A DNA stretch of 41,331 nt from Dehalococcoidia bacterium. Lineage in GTDB: Bacteria > Chloroflexota > Dehalococcoidia > GIF9 > AB-539-J10. Under the pieces are notes generated by a model. That model made no database searches and was not told the origin of the DNA. It worked only from the letters and a program-made list of their open reading frames with translations. A program made the position numbers and the translations under genes. The stretch lies in NCBI GenBank assembly GCA_030621105.1, contig JAUXIH010000001.1:1-41331 (forward strand), read 5' to 3'. Position 1 is the first letter of the stretch. Each line of letters starts with the position of its first letter. Shown piece after piece: positions 34,326 to 41,331 of the stretch.

Positions 34326-36401
34326 CTAAAGCCCCATCGATATTGCCACTATCTCAGCAATATCAAGATCCTTTAGCGTTTCCCCCATGCCCTTACTTCC
34401 AATGGCATCTTCCAGCATTTGCACGCAATAAGGACAGGCAGTGGCCACAATTTCCGCCCCTGTCTCCTTAACATGCTCAATACGAACCTCACTTATCCTT
34501 GTTCCCTTTGTCTCCTCAATCCAGAAACGACCTCCTCCTCCTCCACAACAAAAGCTATCGTCACCATGATGCTCCATCTCCACCAGATTTACCTGAGGAA
34601 TTGCCTTAATGATGTCTCGCGGAGGCTGGTAAATATCATTATACCTGCCCAGATAACAAGGGTCATGATAGGTTATCTTCTTGTCTAACCCTGATTTCAA
34701 TTGTATTTTCCCTTCCTGCAGCAGGCGAATAATAAACTGAGAATGATGTATAACCTCAAACTTACCACCAAACTGTGGGTATTCATTTTTAAGGATGTTA
34801 AAACCATGAGGACAAACAGTAACTATGGTCTTGACTCCATAATTATTCAACAGCTCAATATTCTTCACAGCCTGCATCTGGAACTGATATTCATTACCCA
34901 ACCTTCTGGAAGGATCTCCACAGCAAGTCTCTTCTGCACCCAACGTCGCAAAATTAACTCCAGCAGCATTTAATATCTTGGCAAATGCCTGCGCTATCTT
35001 TATACTACGGTCCTCAAGAGCTGCCTGACAACCAACCCAGAACAATAAATCAGCATCACTGTTATCGGATAGATGCTTTATATTTAAGCCTTCCTCCCAC
35101 TCAGTCCTGCTATGTACTGTACCTATAACAACATGCCCTCTAGCTTCAATAGAATTTAATACTGGTTCCACCAATTCAGGAACTTTAGCTTGTTCCAAAA
35201 TAAGATTGCGCCTCATGTCAACAATCTTCTGAGGATGTTCAATATATACCGGGCATATATCAAGACAAGCACCACAAGTAGTGCATGCCCATATGGCTTC
35301 CTCAGGTATCACTTCGCCAATAAGTGAGCACGAGGTGCTGTTTTCTCCCGAGGCATCATCTGATAATAGCAATGAAGTTTCGGACGGTCTGATCAAAAAA
35401 GGATAGTCGCTCACCTCCAGTAAATGACCTTTCAACGACTGAATCATCTTCTTCGGAGATAGCGGCTGACCACTAATGTAAGCAGGACAAACTTCCTGAC
35501 ATCTACCACAACGAGTACATGCTTCAACATCCAATAACTGTTTCCATGTAAAGTTACCAATCTCTCCAACCCCAAAGAACTCTGCTTCTTCGAGATTGAT
35601 TGGAGTTAAAGCTCCTTTAGGCTCACGGCTACGGAAAAAGGCATTCATAGTATCGGTGATGATGTGGTTTAACCTGCTATAAAACAGTGATATATAAATA
35701 ACAGCTCCAACAGTAAACAGGACATGGAAATACCACAATATCCTATGCCAAGTCAGCAAGGTTCCCAGCGACACACCAGATAAAGCATTGGTAATAAACA
35801 ATCCGCCTGGAGACCAAATGCTCCAAGCGGCTTCCTGCACCCCCGGGGCAATAGCAGCAAGGCGAAAGGCCTCCACAAAGAAACCGGAAATAACGACACC
35901 CAATATCAGAATGGAGGTAATGGCGTCGTCACGGGATCTATCCAGCCTCTCGTGAAACGCACCCGGAGACTGCGCATATCTCCGCACCATAAATATAACG
36001 ATTGCAATAATGAAAAGTAGACCACCCAGGTCGCTGAATAAGGAATGAGCTAAACCAACATTGCCTACCAAAAAGTGGAACCAATAATGACTGAGAAAAT
36101 CTAGTAATGCACCCAGCAGCAGAAACACTGAGCCCCAAAAAATGAACAGATGGGGAATCCCAGGATAAAGCTGCCGTAAAATCCTTCTATGAATAAAGCC
36201 ATCAACGATCCCAAGTTTAATGAAAGTCCCTATTCTGCGCCAAAAAGGATGCAACCTGTCTTCAGGTTGGCCACGTCGCCATACCAGCCAAAAGCGAGCA
36301 ACGATGGCATATAGAAAAATGACAGCAGCAATTATGCCAAGGGTGTATACAATCCAAGGCCCTTCAGGGATATTCCAAAAGACTTCACGAACTTCCTCCA
36401 T
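34326..36401 (-). CDS. Membrane-anchored Fe-S oxidoreductase: N-terminal multi-TM (NarI/DsrM-like) domain fused to an HdrD/GlpC-like module
   Basis: About six N-terminal TM helices with conserved His residues. Two [4Fe-4S] motifs, CTRCGRCQEVCP and CTTCGACLDICP. Two CCG-type Cys-rich regions (ETCCGDP, SFCCGGGGG). Confidence 0.8.
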   Translation of the reverse strand: MEEVREVFWNIPEGPWIVYTLGIIAAVIFLYAIVARFWLVWRRGQPEDRLHPFWRRIGTFIKLGIVDGFIHRRILRQLYPGIPHLFIFWGSVFLLLGALLDFLSHYWFHFLVGNVGLAHSLFSDLGGLLFIIAIVIFMVRRYAQSPGAFHERLDRSRDDAITSILILGVVISGFFVEAFRLAAIAPGVQEAAWSIWSPGGLFITNALSGVSLGTLLTWHRILWYFHVLFTVGAVIYISLFYSRLNHIITDTMNAFFRSREPKGALTPINLEEAEFFGVGEIGNFTWKQLLDVEACTRCGRCQEVCPAYISGQPLSPKKMIQSLKGHLLEVSDYPFLIRPSETSLLLSDDASGENSTSCSLIGEVIPEEAIWACTTCGACLDICPVYIEHPQKIVDMRRNLILEQAKVPELVEPVLNSIEARGHVVIGTVHSRTEWEEGLNIKHLSDNSDADLLFWVGCQAALEDRSIKIAQAFAKILNAAGVNFATLGAEETCCGDPSRRLGNEYQFQMQAVKNIELLNNYGVKTIVTVCPHGFNILKNEYPQFGGKFEVIHHSQFIIRLLQEGKIQLKSGLDKKITYHDPCYLGRYNDIYQPPRDIIKAIPQVNLVEMEHHGDDSFCCGGGGGRFWIEETKGTRISEVRIEHVKETGAEIVATACPYCVQMLEDAIGSKGMGETLKDLDIAEIVAISMGL

Positions 36402-36487
36402 CTACTATCACGCTCCTTTCATTATGTCATTGTAATAACGTATCTCTTCACCAAGCGTCAGCTGGTAACAGAAGTTAGCCAACTTAT

Positions 36488-37276
36488 CTATTTGCTTCTA
36501 AGTTTTCTGGAGTTGATGGGCGTAGCGTGGCCCCCTGGTTCAAGAATCATCCTCTTTGGCTCACAAGCTTGCTCATAAAGATGCAGTGCCGACTGATAGG
36601 GAATATATTTGTCACCCCGACAGTGAACAAATAAAATTGGGCACGCCCTGACTTTAAGCAATGCTGCCAGCGAGCTGCCGCTATGATACACAGCTAAGAA
36701 CTTCCTCCAATCTATTTTCATATGTTGTCTGTGAAACTTCATCCAGGGACGATATAAGAAACTCCAAGGGGATGTTACCCAGGGAACAGTCCCCATTCGG
36801 GGATAGTCAGCAATAAAAGGGTGTCGCTTATCCTCCATATTAACATTTGAAGGCAATTCAAACTCGCCAGAAGGACAGGAGAGGAGAACCAGAGCGCTAA
36901 GTTGATTTATTTCAGCCGCTGCTCGCAAAACAGCCATGGCCCCCATGCTATGTCCCACCAGAGAAACACGACTCGCATCAATATCAGGATAGTTACTTAA
37001 ATGCTGTAGAGCAACCTTGATATCACCAACCATCTTCCCTTCACAAATGCCGCTACTCAATCCATGACCACGAAAATCAAAAATAAACGCAGCTATACCA
37101 GAAAGAACAAGTTGCTCCGCACTAGCTTTCACTGAGAGGCGACTTGAGGCCGCACCATGACACAGGATTGCCAATGGAAAAGGAGGATTCTTACGAGGGA
37201 TAAACAACTCGGCATAAAGCCTCTCACCATCATTACCAAAGCTGGTAGAATATGAAATAAAATTAACCTGACTCAA
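36488..37276 (-). CDS. Alpha/beta hydrolase
   Basis: Nucleophile elbow GHSMGA and oxyanion region ILCHGA. 262 aa. TTG start. Confidence 0.7.
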   Translation of the reverse strand: MSQVNFISYSTSFGNDGERLYAELFIPRKNPPFPLAILCHGAASSRLSVKASAEQLVLSGIAAFIFDFRGHGLSSGICEGKMVGDIKVALQHLSNYPDIDASRVSLVGHSMGAMAVLRAAAEINQLSALVLLSCPSGEFELPSNVNMEDKRHPFIADYPRMGTVPWVTSPWSFLYRPWMKFHRQHMKIDWRKFLAVYHSGSSLAALLKVRACPILFVHCRGDKYIPYQSALHLYEQACEPKRMILEPGGHATPINSRKLRSK

Positions 37277-37592
37277 GCTTTATCTCTTTTAGCCTAACAC
37301 CTTAACCACAACACTATTAAAAATAGCTGCTCCCAACCCTGTGATCAAGACAATCCAGGAGACTGGGTAATTTTACCAGAAGAATGCGACTCATAAAAGA
37401 CCCCCCTGTATTGTCACAATACTCAGCATCTTTTGAATTTCAGGACAACTACAGGGGAAACGTCACTTACATTAGCAAGCTAACTCACACGCATACAAAA
37501 TTCCAAATTAATACACTAACTGCCTTAAAAAACATTTTGAGGGCACAGACAAGCAAATCCACCAGTAAAGGACACAGAGGTTAACTCTATGG

Positions 37593-38360
37593 TTACTCTG
37601 TCTCTCTTTGAATACGCCTGATATCTACCGCCTTACCAGTCTTTCCATCCACCTGCACCAGAATGGCATTAAATGTAACCTTGCCCCTTCCCACAGATAA
37701 CCTTGATGGCACTTGAGTAAGAAAACGGTTAATTACAGCATCGGTATCATCACCGATAACCCCATTGACAGGACCAACCATGCCGATATCAGTAACATAA
37801 GCAGTACCGTCGGGCAATATGGAGGAGTCGATTGTACCCACGTGAGTATGCGTGCCCAATACAGCGCTGACTCGACCATCAAGATACCTCCCCATAGCTA
37901 CTTTTTCCGAAGTTGCCTCAGCATGGAAATCTACTATAACTATGTTGGGTCTAACTTCAAGACTCCCAAGCAATTGGTCCATAGCTCGGAAAGGACAATC
38001 AAAATTACCCATGAACGTACGTCCAATAAGGTTAACTACTAATACTTCATGTTTAAGCAAATATCCCCGTCCCGGATTAATAGCAGGGTAATTTAGGGGA
38101 CGAAGGATAGCCATATCACTATCAAGGTAAGGGATAATTTCCTTGTGGGCCCAGATGTGATTACCTGAAGTTATCACATCAACGCCAGTATCAAACATTT
38201 CATGTGCGATGGTTGATGTCAAGCCAATTCCTCCAGCAGCATTCTCTCCATTAGCTATTACCATATCGACATCATGTTCACGACGCAAGTCTGGCAGGAT
38301 TTCTCTAAGTGATTTCCTGCCAGGCTTGCCAATAATGTCACCTATAACTAATATGTTCAT
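37593..38360 (-). CDS. ymdB: YmdB-type metallophosphoesterase (TIGR00282 family, 2',3'-cyclic nucleotide phosphodiesterase)
   Basis: GDIIGKPGR, GENAAGG, GNH, DFHAEATSEK and GTHTHV motifs. Directly downstream of rny, as in Firmicutes. Confidence 0.85.
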   Translation of the reverse strand: MNILVIGDIIGKPGRKSLREILPDLRREHDVDMVIANGENAAGGIGLTSTIAHEMFDTGVDVITSGNHIWAHKEIIPYLDSDMAILRPLNYPAINPGRGYLLKHEVLVVNLIGRTFMGNFDCPFRAMDQLLGSLEVRPNIVIVDFHAEATSEKVAMGRYLDGRVSAVLGTHTHVGTIDSSILPDGTAYVTDIGMVGPVNGVIGDDTDAVINRFLTQVPSRLSVGRGKVTFNAILVQVDGKTGKAVDIRRIQRETE

Positions 38361-38377
38361 CGGACTATCTCAAATAT

Positions 38378-39904
38378 TTACTTGGCATAATCCACTGCCA
38401 CGGTTTCTCTCAGTACCATCACTTTTATTTGGCCCGGATAGCTGAGACTATCCTCTAGCTTCTTAGAGATATCTCGAGCCAGTCTAATTGCAGCCAAATC
38501 GTCCACCTCATCGGGTTTCACCAATACCCGAATTTCTCTGCCTGCTTGAATCGCGAATGTTTTCTCCACCCCGGAGAAACTGGAGGCTATTTCCTCCACT
38601 TCCCTAACGCGTTTCAAATAGTGCTCCAGGGATTCCCGCCTCGCACCTGGTCGAGCTCCGCTCACAGCATCAGCCGCAGCAACTATAAAACCAAGAACGC
38701 TGCTAGTAGGCACTTCACCATGATGTTCTGCCACTGCCTGAGCAATTTCTGCAGACCCATCCCATTGTTTGACCAAATCAGCACCTATCAAAGCATGTGG
38801 CCCCTCGACCTCATGGCTTACTGCCTTACCAATATCATGGAGTAATCCCGCCTTCCTGGCTGTTACAGAATCTATCCCAATCTCATCAGCTAACATCCCT
38901 GCAAGATAAGACACCTCAAGGCTATGAAGCAGGACATTTTGCCCATAACTAGTACGAAACTTAAGTTGCCCCAGCAATTTAATCAACTCAGGGTGTAAAC
39001 CAGCTAACCCCGCTTCATACACTGCCCTCTCCCCCTCATCACGTATAGTTGTTTCAACTTCTGCCTGTGCCTTCTTTACTATCTCTTCAATGCGAGATGG
39101 ATGGATACGACCATCAAGGATAAGCTTATTTAAGGCAATGCGCGCTATCTCCCGTCTTACCGGAGCAAAGCTGGAAAGAGTAACCGACTCCGGGGTATCA
39201 TCGATAATAAGATCAACCCCCGTTGCCTCCTCAAAAGCCCTGATATTCCGCCCCTCACGACCGATGAGTCTCCCCTTCATCTCGTCGCTGGGCAGTGAAA
39301 CAGTAGACACTGTCGTCTCCGAGACAACATCAGCAGTACAGCGCTGAATGGCCGTAGCTAAGATATGCTGGGCCTCTCTATTAGCACCCTCTTTCACTTG
39401 GGCTTCCCAAATCCTAGCCTGCCGGGAGGCTTCCTCTCTCACCTCCTGCTCAACAGCCTGGAGTAAGAAGCTCTTTGCCTCTTCACCAGAGATGCCACTG
39501 ATCTGCTCTAACTGCCGTATCTGTTCACTCTTGATCCCTTCAAGCTCAGCCTGAAGATTATCGATGCCCTTCTCTTTGTCATGTAGCACTTGATCTCGAT
39601 GATCCAAGGAGTTCATCTTGTGCTCCAGGGAGTTCTCTTTCTGATTGAGTCGCTTTTCTATATGATGTAACTCAGAGCGCCGTTCCTTACTATCAGTCTC
39701 AGCAGCATTTCTAACATGGATTGCCTCTTCTTTAGCCTCAAGAAGCATCTCTTTATACTTAGTTGCTGCTTCCTCTAATAATGCTCGTGCCTCTTTACGA
39801 GCTTCCAGTGTCCGTTGGTTGGCTATTAACTGCCGCATAAAATAACCAACCCCCACACCCAAAACCACGGCAATGACAATAAGAATATATGCTATGTAAT
39901 TCAT
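38378..39904 (-). CDS. rny: Ribonuclease Y
   Basis: N-terminal TM helix, coiled-coil region, KH domain ([15 protein letters not shown]), HD domain (LLHDIGK). Confidence 0.95.
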   Translation of the reverse strand: MNYIAYILIVIAVVLGVGVGYFMRQLIANQRTLEARKEARALLEEAATKYKEMLLEAKEEAIHVRNAAETDSKERRSELHHIEKRLNQKENSLEHKMNSLDHRDQVLHDKEKGIDNLQAELEGIKSEQIRQLEQISGISGEEAKSFLLQAVEQEVREEASRQARIWEAQVKEGANREAQHILATAIQRCTADVVSETTVSTVSLPSDEMKGRLIGREGRNIRAFEEATGVDLIIDDTPESVTLSSFAPVRREIARIALNKLILDGRIHPSRIEEIVKKAQAEVETTIRDEGERAVYEAGLAGLHPELIKLLGQLKFRTSYGQNVLLHSLEVSYLAGMLADEIGIDSVTARKAGLLHDIGKAVSHEVEGPHALIGADLVKQWDGSAEIAQAVAEHHGEVPTSSVLGFIVAAADAVSGARPGARRESLEHYLKRVREVEEIASSFSGVEKTFAIQAGREIRVLVKPDEVDDLAAIRLARDISKKLEDSLSYPGQIKVMVLRETVAVDYAK

Positions 39905-39937
39905 TTCTCCTCTTCGTTGTACAGCGATGTATAAGTG

Positions 39938-39965
39938 ACATTACGAGCTAATATTACCTTGTCAA
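39938..39965 (-). promoter_or_regulatory. Candidate promoter for rny in the 16S-rny spacer
   Basis: Minus strand TTGACA, 16-nt spacer, TAATGT, about 35 nt upstream of the rny ATG. Confidence 0.3.
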
Positions 39966-40168
39966 GGATGGAGCGTCAATCTACACAAGGGGACATCCAC
40001 CAGCACGAAAGAGAACACTGGGGAAAATAATCCAAAAGTGAAAACAAACTCAAATAGAAAAAACCTTAGCAACAGAATAGCGGAAGGAAAGGTAAATTTA
40101 ACAGATATCCAATAGGATTAACCTATTGACCGACCTAAGAATCACAAGGTGTAAACCTTAGACTCCCT

Positions 40169-41331
<1,163 letters not shown>

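Noticed and set aside
37384-37584. 66-aa plus-strand ORF in the 316-bp spacer between ymdB and the hydrolase gene
   Set aside because: It has no SD, low-complexity composition and no motif. The spacer contains short inverted repeats (for example CCCCTGTA...TACAGGGG) but nothing I can assign to a known RNA family.

Overview
This is a densely coding bacterial chromosomal window. I saw no transposase, integrase, CRISPR array or prophage signature. The partial 16S rRNA at the right edge and the gene content look Dehalococcoidia/Chloroflexota-like, but that is inference only because no search was possible. Left part: an EamA transporter, a DRG-like TGS GTPase, dut-thyX and a proXVW-type betaine ABC transporter. 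Centre (about 7.6-25.2 kb): a large nitrogen/glutamine locus. It starts with an NrpR-type (archaeal-style) repressor gene. Next comes a split, archaeal-type glutamate synthase (class II amidotransferase, ferredoxin-FMN and GXGXG subunits) with a putative electron-input pair (four-cluster Fe-S protein plus FAD/NAD(P) oxidoreductase) and a second divergent FMN-domain paralogue. Two full-length hisF genes and one hisH are interleaved with these genes. Downstream lie an atypical orphan OmpR-type regulator, amt-glnK, glnA, nadE and a pdxT with no pdxS beside it. Right part: tRNA-Lys, a SIMPL lipoprotein, a LepB homologue with Cys at the nucleophile position, pyrE, a cytidylyltransferase, a five-tRNA cluster, metF, a macro-domain protein, prfA-prmC, a sirtuin, a membrane-anchored HdrD-like Fe-S protein, a hydrolase, ymdB-rny, and a 16S rRNA gene followed by rny rather than 23S. 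The most interesting points are the repeated hisF-then-FMN-domain gene pairs inside the glutamate synthase operon, a four-box array at 11-bp periodicity upstream of amt that resembles actinobacterial GlnR boxes next to the atypical regulator, and candidate NrpR operators. All regulatory sites are sequence-pattern predictions only.
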